Assembly (NCBI GenBank): GCA_022567275.1
Contig: JADFHH010000001.1
Span: 1 to 27,713, forward strand
Direction of reading: 5' to 3'
DNA length: 27,713 nt
Source of the DNA: Pseudomonadota bacterium
GTDB lineage: Bacteria > Pseudomonadota > Alphaproteobacteria > Rhizobiales > Methyloligellaceae
The notes beneath the pieces were generated by a model. The model ran no database searches and was not told the DNA's origin. It worked only from the letters and a program-made list of their open reading frames with translations. Made by a program: the position numbers and the translations under genes. Shown here one piece after another: positions 9,989 through 20,100 of the stretch. Position 1 is the stretch's first letter; every line of letters starts with the position of its first letter.

Positions 9989-11134
9989 TCAGAGCGAAGT
10001 CAGGTGAATCAGGTCGTTCCAGGTGGCAAACACCATTAGCATAAGCACCAGCGCCAAACCAATTCTAAAGCCAATTTCCTGAGTGCGGTCGCTCAGTGGC
10101 CGTCCGCGTATCGCTTCTATGGCATAGAACAATAGATGGCCACCGTCCAACATGGGAATAGGGAAAAGGTTAATGAGACCAATGCTGACCGAGAGGACCG
10201 CGGCAAGATTTAACAGGGCGAGGAAACCCATGGAGGCGACTTGCCCGGAAACCTGCGCGATACGAATGGGACCACCGAGCTGATCGGCATTTTCCCGCCC
10301 CGAAACCACCTCATAGAGATAATACAGCGTCCGCGAGATCACGAAATAGGTCTCCTCGCATCCCTTCCAGAGTGCGGTTAGCGGATCATATGTTTTCAGC
10401 ACCCAGTCATCAGGAGAAGCGCTGCGGCGAATGCCCAGCAGACCACGGCGAATTGTATTGCCAAACGCGTCTTTCGTTTCCTGCTTGTACGGCGTCGCCT
10501 TGAGGGCCAGTTGCGAACCGGCGCGATCAACGAAAATAGTCAGTTCCTGACCAGCGCTGATGCTGACAATGCGCTGTATATCGGTAAAACTCTCAATGGA
10601 TTTACCATCGATGCTGCGGATGCGGTCGCCAGCTTTGAAGCCGGCTTGTTCAGCCGCGCTGCCGGGCGTCACCGCATCGACGATCGGTAATGTCTGGCGC
10701 TGGCCGACGAAGGCGAACATGAAGGCGAAAATAGCAATGGCCAGCAAGAAGTTCGCAATTGGTCCGGCCACAACGACGGCGGCGCGGGCGGCCAGCGGTT
10801 TGGCGTGAAAACTGCCCGCCTGTTCCTGTTCTGTCATTCCCTCCAATGAGTCGCGATCCGGCTTACTGGCGGCATTCTCGTCGCCAAGGAATTTTACGTA
10901 ACCGCCAAGGGGAATCCAGGACAGACGCCAGCGGGTTCCTTTTTTATCATTGAATCCGAATATCTCTCCGCCAAATCCAATCGAGAAGGTCTGTACCGAT
11001 ACCTTACACCAGCGTGCCACAATGAAATGACCGAGCTCATGAAAGAACACAACAACCGTCAAAACGAACAAGAATGGCAGGAGATAGGACATCATGGAAC
11101 CTCCAAAACTGGTAATACTCGCTAATAATTCCAT
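9989..11134 (-). CDS. rseP: RIP metalloprotease RseP (site-2 protease with PDZ domain)
   Basis: HELGH zinc motif, PLGGYVKF, GPIANF, NLFPIPMLDGGH; SD AGGAG ahead of ATG 11134 (ORF track runs to 11161). Confidence 0.95.
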   Translation of the reverse strand: MELLASITSFGGSMMSYLLPFLFVLTVVVFFHELGHFIVARWCKVSVQTFSIGFGGEIFGFNDKKGTRWRLSWIPLGGYVKFLGDENAASKPDRDSLEGMTEQEQAGSFHAKPLAARAAVVVAGPIANFLLAIAIFAFMFAFVGQRQTLPIVDAVTPGSAAEQAGFKAGDRIRSIDGKSIESFTDIQRIVSISAGQELTIFVDRAGSQLALKATPYKQETKDAFGNTIRRGLLGIRRSASPDDWVLKTYDPLTALWKGCEETYFVISRTLYYLYEVVSGRENADQLGGPIRIAQVSGQVASMGFLALLNLAAVLSVSIGLINLFPIPMLDGGHLLFYAIEAIRGRPLSDRTQEIGFRIGLALVLMLMVFATWNDLIHLTSL

Positions 11135-11180
11135 TAAGTTAGCTCTCCTATCCACGAACATGCGCGCATGTGCGCCAAAA

Positions 11181-12389
11181 TCATACCAGTTCTGTCAGCA
11201 ATGAACGTGCCAACATGCGGCTACGCTTATCGAGCTCCAGAACCTCATCGAGCGATTTGGGTTTCGACAGTCCTGCGCGAACCGCCGCTTCCATTGTCTC
11301 GGCGACAAGCACGCAAATCGACAGCAGTCCTAGCCTGCGCCCCAGAAATGCGTCAACCGCTATCTCGTTGGCGGCGTTCAATACCGTCGTCGCGCCATTG
11401 TCGCTCTCCAGCGCCTCACGGGCGATCCGTAACGCCGGAAACCGTTCATAATCGGGGCTCTCGAAGGTGAGCGATCCGATTTTAGCCAAATCGAGACGTT
11501 CGGTCGGGGCCCACATGCGCTCGGGCCAGGCCAGCGAATAGGCAATCGGTGTGCGCATGTCCGGCGAGCTCATTTGCGCAATAACGGACCCGTCTGAATA
11601 TTCAACAAGACAATGCACGATGGATTGGGGATGGATCACCACGTCGAGCTGTTCGGGCTCCACGGGAAACAGATGATAAGCCTCGATGAGTTCCAGGCCC
11701 TTGTTCATTAATGTGGCTGAATCGATGGTGAGCTTTTGGCCCATGGACCAGTTCGGGTGTTTCAGGGCGTCCTCCGGTGAGGCATCCTTCATTTGCTCAA
11801 GCGTCCATGTGCGGAACGGACCACCCGAAGCGGTGAGAGTGATTTTTTCAATGGAGATGCTGACTTTGGGGTCAATCGCCTGGAATCCGGCGGAATGCTC
11901 CGAATCGACCGGAAGCAGTTGTGTGCCGGATTTGGCCACGGCCTGCATGAAAATGTCGCCGGCCGAGACAAGACATTCCTTATTGGCCAGCGCCACAGTC
12001 GTGCCTTGGCGGACAGCTTCGAGTGTCGGACGCAAGCCCGCCGAACCAACAATAGCGGCCATGGTCCACTCGACCGGATGCGCGACCGCTTCCATCAGTG
12101 CGTCATCGCCTGCCGCGGCTTCAATGGACGTTCCCGCCAGTGCCGCCTTCAGCTCATTATACCGGGAAGGATCAGCCAGAACGGCCAACTCGGCATTATG
12201 CGCGATGGCCTGTGCGGCGAGCAATTCAGCGTTGCGGTTGCCGGTGAGCGCGACCACATGATAGCGCGCCGGGTCGCGGCCGATAAGATCCAGAGTGGAT
12301 CGGCCAATCGAGCCGGTTGCACCCAATATGCTGATCCGTCGTGGAGGTTGCGATTGCAATGACTTGGCGTATGCAGTTGCTGTGCTCAA
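11181..12389 (-). CDS. dxr: 1-deoxy-D-xylulose-5-phosphate reductoisomerase (MEP pathway)
   Basis: ILGATGSIG, ALANKECLV, PVDSEHSA, LTASGGPFR, HPNWSMGQKLTIDSAT; TTG start preceded by GAGGTG. Confidence 0.97.
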   Translation of the reverse strand: MSTATAYAKSLQSQPPRRISILGATGSIGRSTLDLIGRDPARYHVVALTGNRNAELLAAQAIAHNAELAVLADPSRYNELKAALAGTSIEAAAGDDALMEAVAHPVEWTMAAIVGSAGLRPTLEAVRQGTTVALANKECLVSAGDIFMQAVAKSGTQLLPVDSEHSAGFQAIDPKVSISIEKITLTASGGPFRTWTLEQMKDASPEDALKHPNWSMGQKLTIDSATLMNKGLELIEAYHLFPVEPEQLDVVIHPQSIVHCLVEYSDGSVIAQMSSPDMRTPIAYSLAWPERMWAPTERLDLAKIGSLTFESPDYERFPALRIAREALESDNGATTVLNAANEIAVDAFLGRRLGLLSICVLVAETMEAAVRAGLSKPKSLDEVLELDKRSRMLARSLLTELV

Positions 12390-12441
12390 TTGCCCACCTC
12401 GTTCCTCGCTTTCGCCAGCATAATCCTTGATGGCGCTATAA

Positions 12442-13299
12442 TCATGGCCACATCAGGAGCGCTCTGCCCGGTTCAGGAAACCCGCGGGCCACGGCGATAC
12501 AACCCGCGGCAAGGGCCGTCCCGATCATCCCGTCGACACGATCGAACAGACCCCCATGGCCCGGCAGCAGTTGCCCCGAATCCTTGACATGAAACTTTCG
12601 TTTGATGGCGGACTCCGTCAAATCGCCAATTTGACAGGCGAGCGCCAGTCCCGCGCCCAGAAGTGCAAGTCCCGGTGCCCATGTGCCGCCAAGCCATAGC
12701 GCAAATCCATAAGCCAGCATAGTGGGGAGCGCCAGCCCGCCAACCAGTCCCGACCAGGTCTTTCCCGGCGATATAACCGGCGCGAGTTTCGCTCCGCCAA
12801 TGGTGCGTCCTGTGAAGTAGGCGGCAATGTCAGCCGACCAGACCACAAGGAACAGAAAAAAGATGGCGCTAACCCCAAATGCGGCATCCGACCGGAAGAA
12901 AACAAGCAAGATAGCCGGTACTCCGAGATAGATGACGCCGAGTGCGGACCATAGCCGTGTCCCGGGGGAACCCGATGTGAATGCGGCGGCAAGGGCGCCG
13001 GCGCCAAGCGCCAGCATTGCCAACCAGGCTGAACCCATGCCGGCACATATACAGGCAGCTATAGTCGCTGCCCCATGCACATAGAATGCGCCATCCAAGG
13101 CCTCACCACGGACCAGCCGTCCCCATTCCCAGGCAAGCACGGCGCTGGCGGCGGCAATCATTACGGTGAAGGGCCAAAGGCCGGAATAAGTCAGAACACC
13201 GGCCATTGCGGCGAGAACGAGCGCACTAAGGGTTCGCTTCGCATTTTCACTATATGATCGCGATGCACGCTGGTCCCGGCAGCGGCGTTTGCCGCTCAC
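12442..13299 (-). CDS. cdsA: Phosphatidate cytidylyltransferase
   Basis: Polytopic hydrophobic protein; ISPGKTWSG, KDSGQLLPGHGGLFDRVD; GTGA overlap with the uppS stop. Confidence 0.94.
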   Translation of the reverse strand: MSGKRRCRDQRASRSYSENAKRTLSALVLAAMAGVLTYSGLWPFTVMIAAASAVLAWEWGRLVRGEALDGAFYVHGAATIAACICAGMGSAWLAMLALGAGALAAAFTSGSPGTRLWSALGVIYLGVPAILLVFFRSDAAFGVSAIFFLFLVVWSADIAAYFTGRTIGGAKLAPVISPGKTWSGLVGGLALPTMLAYGFALWLGGTWAPGLALLGAGLALACQIGDLTESAIKRKFHVKDSGQLLPGHGGLFDRVDGMIGTALAAGCIAVARGFPEPGRALLMWP

Positions 13300-14054
13300 G
13301 CGCTGGAACCCGCGCGCAGGCCGCCAAATCTGCGTTCCCGGTCATGGAATGTCTCGATCGCCGAAAGCAGCGTCTCACGCGTAAAATCCGGCCAGTAGCT
13401 GTCGAGGAAGACAAGTTCCGTATAAGCGCATTGCCAGAGCAGGAAGTTGGACAGGCGAACTTCACCGCTGGTGCGGATCAATAAGTCCGGATCGGGCAGT
13501 CCGGAGGTGTCGAGAAAGTCACTCAGGGAATCTACTGTTATATCTTGCGGATCGAGCGTGCCCTCCTTGACCTGCTCAGCCATGCGCTTCGCCGCGCGGG
13601 CAATCTCGTCACGTGAGCCATAGTTGAAGGCCACGGTCAGTTGCAGGCCGGTATTGCCGGATGTAAGCGTAACCGCATCTTCGAACAGCCGGATAATATC
13701 GCCTTCGATGCCTTCGCGCGCGCCAATGATACGGATGCGCACGGCGTGCTTGTGCAAATCCGTCATATCGGTGCGGATAAAGCGGCGCAGCAGCGTCATG
13801 AGGTCGCGAATTTCAGATTGCGGCCGCGACCAGTTTTCAGACGAAAAACTGAACAGCGTCAGATATTGCAAATCCAGGTCAATGGCTGCCCTTACGGCAG
13901 CGCGCACACTTTCAACGCCGCGTTTGTGACCATCCGAGCGGGACAACCCGCGTTGCGCCGCCCAGCGCCCGTTACCGTCCATGATAATGGCGATATGCCG
14001 AGGCATTTCACGTGCGCAATCTGGCTCTCTGGTATCGTGTTCCGGTATCGACAA
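13296..14054 (-). CDS. uppS: Undecaprenyl diphosphate synthase (isoprenyl transferase)
   Basis: PRHIAIIMDGNGRW, FSSENWSRP, FNYGSRDEI, DLLIRTSGEVRLSNFLLWQ; start uncertain (TTG 14054 or ATG 14006). Confidence 0.95.
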   Translation of the reverse strand: MSIPEHDTREPDCAREMPRHIAIIMDGNGRWAAQRGLSRSDGHKRGVESVRAAVRAAIDLDLQYLTLFSFSSENWSRPQSEIRDLMTLLRRFIRTDMTDLHKHAVRIRIIGAREGIEGDIIRLFEDAVTLTSGNTGLQLTVAFNYGSRDEIARAAKRMAEQVKEGTLDPQDITVDSLSDFLDTSGLPDPDLLIRTSGEVRLSNFLLWQCAYTELVFLDSYWPDFTRETLLSAIETFHDRERRFGGLRAGSSA

Positions 14055-14117
14055 GGGAGACGTGTTCCACTTAAATTTTCATGCGATTTTCGTACGCTCT
14101 TTCAGTAGCATGCGAGA

Positions 14118-14675
14118 TCAGATTTGCATGATATCCTGTTCTTTGGCTGACAGCGCGTCATCAATCTTTTTGATGACGGCGTCGGTGACTTCCTGAACCT
14201 CGGCGCCGTGGGTGTGTTGCTCATCCTGACCGATCTCACCCTCTTTTTCCTGACGCTTGAGCTGTTCCATACCATCGCGCCGCACATTACGAACCGCAAC
14301 GCGCGACTGTTCGGCATATTTGCCCGCAAGCTTGACCATTTCCCGACGCCGTTCTTCATTCAATTCCGGTATGGGAATGCGCAACACCAGGCCTTCGCCG
14401 ATGGGGTTCAGGCCAAGATCGGCTTCCCGGATCGCCTTGTCGACCGCATCGATGTTCGACTTGTCCCAGACCTGAACGGAAATCATGCGCGCTTCGGGTG
14501 CCGTGATGGTTGCCAGCTGATTCAGAGGCATTGGCGTACCATAGGCGTCCACCGTCACCGGGTCGAGAAGGCTGGCGTTCGCCCGTCCCGTTCTCAAGCT
14601 GCCAAACTCCTGCTGAAGCACATTCAGCGCACCGTTCATACGCCTCTCGATATCCTTGAGATCATACCCGGACAT
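14118..14675 (-). CDS. frr: Ribosome recycling factor (185 aa)
   Basis: [35 protein letters not shown]; strong SD AGGAGG just upstream of ATG 14675 gives the canonical length. Confidence 0.97.
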   Translation of the reverse strand: MSGYDLKDIERRMNGALNVLQQEFGSLRTGRANASLLDPVTVDAYGTPMPLNQLATITAPEARMISVQVWDKSNIDAVDKAIREADLGLNPIGEGLVLRIPIPELNEERRREMVKLAGKYAEQSRVAVRNVRRDGMEQLKRQEKEGEIGQDEQHTHGAEVQEVTDAVIKKIDDALSAKEQDIMQI

Positions 14676-14699
14676 TATCGCCCTCCTTCTGCACGACTC

Positions 14700-14822
14700 G
14701 CATATTATGCTCCAACGCCACATCAAGACAGCGTTCGCCAGCACATTCAATGACCAAATTATGTGTATTGTGCCCTCACGGGCAAGAGCGATTGCCATAG
14801 ATGTGCGTAATGACGTGAGGCC
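14700..14822 (-). pseudogene. pyrH: Probable eroded 3' remnant of UMP kinase pyrH
   Basis: Occupies the usual pyrH slot between tsf and frr. Minus-strand translation [33 protein letters not shown]… resembles the recalled alphaproteobacterial PyrH C-terminus GLxVMDxxAxALARENxIPIIVFSI. Only ~40 codons, compared by eye. Confidence 0.55.
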
Positions 14823-14837
14823 CCGAGGGATGCAGGG

Positions 14838-15764
14838 CTAGTTTCCCGATGCCGCGGCCGCGACCTCGGCGGCAAAATCGTCTGTTTTCTTCTCCACCCC
14901 TTCACCCAGGGCAAAGCGCACAAATCCGGTGATTTTTATCTCACTGCCAATGCCGGATGCCGCTGCCTCTACCGCTTGCTCCACCTTGCTTTCGCCGTCA
15001 ATAACATAGACTTGAGACAGCAGCGCGACTTCCGCATAGAATTTTCGCAAGCGTCCTTCTACCATTTTGCCGATAATGTTTTCCGGCTTGCCTGAGTCCC
15101 GGGCCTGCTCTGTCAGCACGGTACGCTCGCGTTCAATGACGGCTGGATCAATGTCTTCCTTGCTGACAGCCAACGGGTTTGCCGCCGCCACATGCATCGC
15201 AAGCTTGCGGCCGAAATCTTCCAGCGCGTCCGTATCGCCCGATGATTCCAGGGCGACCAGAACGCCGATCCTGCCCAGCCCCGGCGCTACACTATTGTGT
15301 ACATAGCTGGCGACCACACCGTGGGTAACCTGGAGCCGCTGACTCCGGCGCAGCACCATATTCTCCCCGAGTGAACCAACCATATTCTTGATCTGATCGG
15401 CCACGCTGAGATCGCCTTCGCCGTAGGGCATGGCGGAGAGTGCATCCGTGTCTTTTGCCTCCAGGGCGAGCCTGGATATGGTCGAAACCATGTTTTGGAA
15501 CCGAGCGTTGCGGGCAACGAAGTCGGTTTCCGAATTGACCTCGACCAAGGCGCCGGAGGTACCGTCCGTTGCCAGCCCAACAAGCCCTTCGGCGGCAACG
15601 CGGTCCGCTTTTTTCGCGGCGCTGGCGAGGCCCTTGGTCCTGAGCCAATCGACAGAAGCTTCCAGATCGCCCTCATTTTCCATCAGCGCCGTCTTGCAAT
15701 CCATCATCCCCGCGCTGGTCTTGTCGCGCAGTTCCTTCACCATCGATGCGGTAATGGCCGTCAT
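14838..15764 (-). CDS. tsf: Translation elongation factor Ts
   Basis: [55 protein letters not shown]. Confidence 0.98.
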   Translation of the reverse strand: MTAITASMVKELRDKTSAGMMDCKTALMENEGDLEASVDWLRTKGLASAAKKADRVAAEGLVGLATDGTSGALVEVNSETDFVARNARFQNMVSTISRLALEAKDTDALSAMPYGEGDLSVADQIKNMVGSLGENMVLRRSQRLQVTHGVVASYVHNSVAPGLGRIGVLVALESSGDTDALEDFGRKLAMHVAAANPLAVSKEDIDPAVIERERTVLTEQARDSGKPENIIGKMVEGRLRKFYAEVALLSQVYVIDGESKVEQAVEAAASGIGSEIKITGFVRFALGEGVEKKTDDFAAEVAAAASGN

Positions 15765-15827
15765 GTCCTGTTCCTATATTCGTCGCCCTTGGTGCAAGTT
15801 AACGGTGTTTGACAGGCTTGGCCCGCG

Positions 15828-16988
15828 TCAACCGCTCTTCTTCGCCAGTTCCCTGGCCTGTTTGACCCAGTCATCGCTTTCGATGCGGCCCTTTAATGTA
15901 AGCGCATCATCGATCTCCGCTATATCCGACTTTTTCAACGCGGCGATCTGCCGGTAGTGGAAAATACCATAATCATTGAGTTTTGTTTCCAGCGCAGGGC
16001 CAATACCAGTGAACATCTTGAGGTCATCAGCCTCGCCATCCGGCTTTTTGAGTTTCTCAAATCCGGCAGTCTTCTCTGCCGGAGCGGCGTCTTTCTTCTT
16101 TTCGGCTTCTTTCTCGGCTGGTTTCTTCCTGGCTTCAGGTATTTCTGCGGCGTCCCGTTTCTCCGAAGTTTCTTTCGCCTCGGCCTCGGGTTTGGCTTCC
16201 GGTTCGGCTTTTTCTAAGGCCGTATCATCGCTTTTCACAAGCGCTTCTTCGACGGCCGGTTGCGCCGACTCGCCGATATCGATACCAGCGTCGCTTTGTG
16301 CCCGCTCGATACCGTCGATCGCGGCGCGGGAAATCAAATCGCAATACAGCGTGATGGCGCGGGCCGCGTCATCGTTTCCCGGAATTGGATAGGTGATGTG
16401 ATCGGGATCGCAGTTTGTATCGACAATGGCGATCACCGGTATGCCGAGCTTGCGCGCTTCGGCAATGGCAATGGCTTCCTTGTTGGTGTCGATGACAAAC
16501 AAAACATCGGGCAAGCCGCCAATGTCCTTGATGCCGCCAATGGCATGTTCGATCTTGTCGCGCTCGCGCGTAAGCTGCAGCAGTTCTTTTTTGGTGAGAC
16601 CCTCGTCGGATTCTCTATCCAGCGTTTCTTCAAGCTGCCGCAGACGCTTCAGCGATTTAGAAATTGTCTGCCAGTTGGTCAGCGTTCCGCCCAGCCAGCG
16701 GTGATTGATGTAATGTTGCGCGCATTGCCGCGCGCCTTCAGCGATGGCTTCAGAGGCCTGGCGCTTGGTGCCGACAAACAGCAGGCGGCCGCCTTTGGCG
16801 ATTGTGTCCGATACAATGACCAGCGCCTGATGCAGCAACGGCACCGTCTGCGCCAGATCGATGATATGAATATTGTTCCGCGTGCCAAAGATGTAGGTCC
16901 CCATCTTCGGGTTCCAGCGGTGTTTCTGATGGCCAAAATGTACGCCTGCCTCCAAGAGCTGGCGCATGGTGAAATCCGGCAGTGTCAT
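15828..16988 (-). CDS. rpsB: 30S ribosomal protein S2 with a charged linker and C-terminal helix-hairpin-helix-like extension (386 aa)
   Basis: [44 protein letters not shown]; SD AGGAG ahead of ATG 16988; extra domain [17 protein letters not shown]…[15 protein letters not shown]. Confidence 0.97.
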   Translation of the reverse strand: MTLPDFTMRQLLEAGVHFGHQKHRWNPKMGTYIFGTRNNIHIIDLAQTVPLLHQALVIVSDTIAKGGRLLFVGTKRQASEAIAEGARQCAQHYINHRWLGGTLTNWQTISKSLKRLRQLEETLDRESDEGLTKKELLQLTRERDKIEHAIGGIKDIGGLPDVLFVIDTNKEAIAIAEARKLGIPVIAIVDTNCDPDHITYPIPGNDDAARAITLYCDLISRAAIDGIERAQSDAGIDIGESAQPAVEEALVKSDDTALEKAEPEAKPEAEAKETSEKRDAAEIPEARKKPAEKEAEKKKDAAPAEKTAGFEKLKKPDGEADDLKMFTGIGPALETKLNDYGIFHYRQIAALKKSDIAEIDDALTLKGRIESDDWVKQARELAKKSG

Positions 16989-17135
16989 GACTGCGCTCCT
17001 TTTCCGGTTCGACCGCCGCGGATGAGTTGACGCCATGTTGAAGAAACATGTCGCACCGGAGAGTGGCGGTGCCTGAAGTCAGGCCGGCATGAGACCGGCT
17101 TAACAGGCCCACCGCTTGGTATCCGCGTGTGAGAT
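16989..17135 (-). promoter_or_regulatory. rpsB 5' leader, probable S2 autogenous-control RNA structure
   Basis: Complementary pairs CGCGGAU (17127-17121)/AUCCGCG (17023-17017) and UCCGGU (17060-17055)/ACCGGA (17008-17003), plus internal hairpins (CAUGUU…AACAUG; GCCGG…CCGGC), directly upstream of the SD. Confidence 0.7.
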
Positions 17136-17142
17136 GGGCTGC

Positions 17143-17171
17143 CTTATAGGCATCAACTCAGGACTTGGCAA
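17143..17171 (-). promoter_or_regulatory. Sigma70-type promoter of the rpsB-tsf operon
   Basis: TTGCCA (17171-17166), exactly 17 bp spacer, TATAAG (17148-17143), followed by GC-rich GCAGCCC; the -35 lies in the last codons of dnaE. Confidence 0.75.
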
Positions 17172-20100
17172 GTGTGAGCGCGGGTGTGCTTCCGGCGTGT
17201 GGGCGCCTGGTTCTGCCGTCTGCGGGAATGGGCTCTATGGATTGTACGCCTTGAATGACACGAAGCGCGCCTGTGCTACGCGGCGATATGTCGTAGCGGC
17301 CGGGAATTTCCACCTCGACTTCACGTCCTATATCGCCAAGGCGCAGGATCAAATGGATGACCGCGTTTCCCTCTTGCGGCAGGCGCGCACGCAATCGTTC
17401 CAGCGAAGAAATATCATCAATTCTGACCCGCAACCCGCTTTGCGTGCGCTGAACGACAGCGTCGAGGGATTCAACATGGGTGATGCGGGCGCGCAAGGAT
17501 TCAGCTTGCTGTTCCGCTTCGATCTTCACCAGAACCGATGTGCCGGGTGAAAAGTCATCGCCATGGCTGGCGAGCAATTCCGAAAATACGATGGCTTCAT
17601 ACTGGCCGCTCTGGTCGGACAGGCCGATAAAGGCATAGCGGTTGCCTTTGGCCGAGCTGCGGTCCTGCCGGTAGGCCACGGTGCCCGCGAGACACGCGGT
17701 GGTGGCGCTTTTCGCCGCCCGGGCGCTGAATTCCGCCCAGCTGATAACACCCTCGCGCTCAAGGATGGATTGATATTCATCTAGCGGATGCCCCGACACG
17801 TAAAAGCCGATGGCTTCCAGCTCGCGCGCCAGGCGTTCGATTGGCAACCAGGGTTCTGCAGCATCGCGCAGGATCAGTTCACGGGCGCTCCCCTCGCCAA
17901 ACAAATCGTTCTGATTGGCATTTTCAGATGTTGCGGCGGCGCGCAAAATACGCTCTGAATTGGCGAACAGTTTGCCGCGATCCGGTTCAAACTCGTCAAG
18001 TGCACCCGCAGCGATGAGCGCCTCAAGTCCACGCTTGTTCACCGCACGGCCTTCCATGCGGCGGGCAAAATCGGCAAGAGAGTCGTAATTGCCGTTGTTC
18101 TCGCGCTCATCGGCAATATGCCCTGCCGCCGCTCGGCCCATATTCTTGAGCGCGCCAAGCGCATAGCGGATGGAATTTTCACCGGCGCTGAAGTCCGCAT
18201 ATGAGGCATTTACACTTGGCGGTTCGATGGTAATTCCCGCCCTTCGCGCATCCTGAACGAAGATATTCAGCTTGTCGGTGTTGCCCATATCCAGGGTCAT
18301 GGACGCGGCGAGAAATTCGACGCGATGGTTGGCCTTCAGATAGGCGGTTTGATAGGCCAGCAATGCATAAGCGGCGGCGTGGGATTTGTTAAAACCGTAA
18401 CCGGCGAATTTCGCCACCAGTGCAAAAATATATTCAGCGTTGCCGCGCTCGACTTTATTGGCTACGGCGCCTTCCACGAACCGCGTCCGCTGCTGGTCCA
18501 TCTCCTTCTTGATTTTCTTGCCCATGGCGCGGCGCAGCAGGTCCGCTTCGCCAAGCGAATAACCTGACAGCACCTGGGCAATCTGCATCACCTGTTCCTG
18601 GTAGATGATGACCCCGTAAGTTTCCTCCAGAATGGGTTTGATGAGAGCATGGAGATAGTCCGGCTCTTCGGTCCCGTGCTTGCGGTTGATGAAAGACTCG
18701 ATGTTGGCCATGGGGCCCGGGCGGTACAGGGCGACCATGGCGATGATGTCTTCAAACCGGTCGGGTTTCAGCTTGCGCAGGGCGTCGCGCATGCCGGTAC
18801 TTTCAAGCTGGAACACGCCAACGGTTTCAGCCTCGCAGAGCAGGGCAAAGGTGCGTTCATCGTCAAGCGGCAGGCGGGCAGGATCGATATCCTCGCCGCG
18901 GTTGGCTATTAACTGCTTGGCCTTTTCAATGACCGTCAGCGTTTTCAGACCGAGAAAATCGAATTTGACGAGACCTGCGGCCTCCACCCATTTCATATTG
19001 AACTGGGTCGCAGGCAGGGAGGAGCGCGCATCGCGATACAGCGGCACCAGCTCGGTGAGAGGCCGGTCGCCGATAACGATACCGGCCGCATGGGTCGAGG
19101 CATGGCGGTAGAGCCCCTCCAGGCGCTGGCCGATATTCAGCAGCCGCGCGACAATAGGTTCGCGGTCACGCTCTTCACGCAATTTGGGTTCCGTGGCGAT
19201 GGCTTCGCCGAGTGTGACAGGATTGGCCGGATCGGCGGGTATCATCTTGCACAACCGGTCGACATGGCCATAGGGCATTTGCAAGACGCGGCCGACGTCC
19301 CGCAACACCGCGCGCGCCTGAAGTTTTCCGAAGGTGATGATCTGGGCCACCCGGTCGTCGCCATATTTCTCCTGAACATAAGCGATCACCTCATCGCGCC
19401 GGTCCTGGCAGAAATCGATATCGAAGTCCGGCATCGACACCCGTTCGGGGTTGAGAAAGCGCTCGAACAGCAAACCGAAGCGAATGGGGTCGAGGTCGGT
19501 AATGGTGAGCGCCCAGGAGACAACCGAACCGGCCCCCGATCCGCGCCCCGGCCCGACCGGGATTTTGGCGTTCTTGGCCCATTTGATAAAATCGGCGACG
19601 ATCAGGAAATAGCCCGCATAGGTCATGCGCGTAATGATTTCCAGCTCGCTCTCAAGACGCTGCCAATAGAGAATTTCCTCAAACCCGGCCGCCGGCCCTT
19701 CTTCGCTCAGCCTTTTGCGCAACCCCTTTTCGGCCTGGGTCTTCAGCTCCCCGGCCTCATCTTCAAGCGAAGCGCTGTGCGGCAATATCGGTTCACGCGT
19801 GCGCGGGCGATAGGCGCAGCGCCGCGCAATCTCGACCGTGTTGTCCAGCGCTTCGGGCAAATCATCGAACAGCGCGGCCATTTCAGCGGCGCTCTTGAAA
19901 TAATGCTGCGGGCTCAGCCGCCGCCGGTCATCGACAGCGATATAACTGCCCTCGGCGATGCAAATAAGCGCATCATGGGCCTCGAAATCATCAGGCGTTG
20001 GGAAAAATGGCTGATTGGTGGCAACCAGCGGGATGTCGAGCGCATAGGCGAGCGACAGCAGCTCCGGCTCGACAAGCTTTTCATCCTCCAGACCATGGCG

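Noticed and set aside
14118-14798. ORF-track long starts for frr (14798), rpsB (17036), rseP (11161), lolE (22755), mce (25845), DUF1467 (25517), gltA (1589)
   Set aside because: Downstream ATGs give canonical N-termini, most with good SD sequences; the extensions overlap neighbouring genes or leaders
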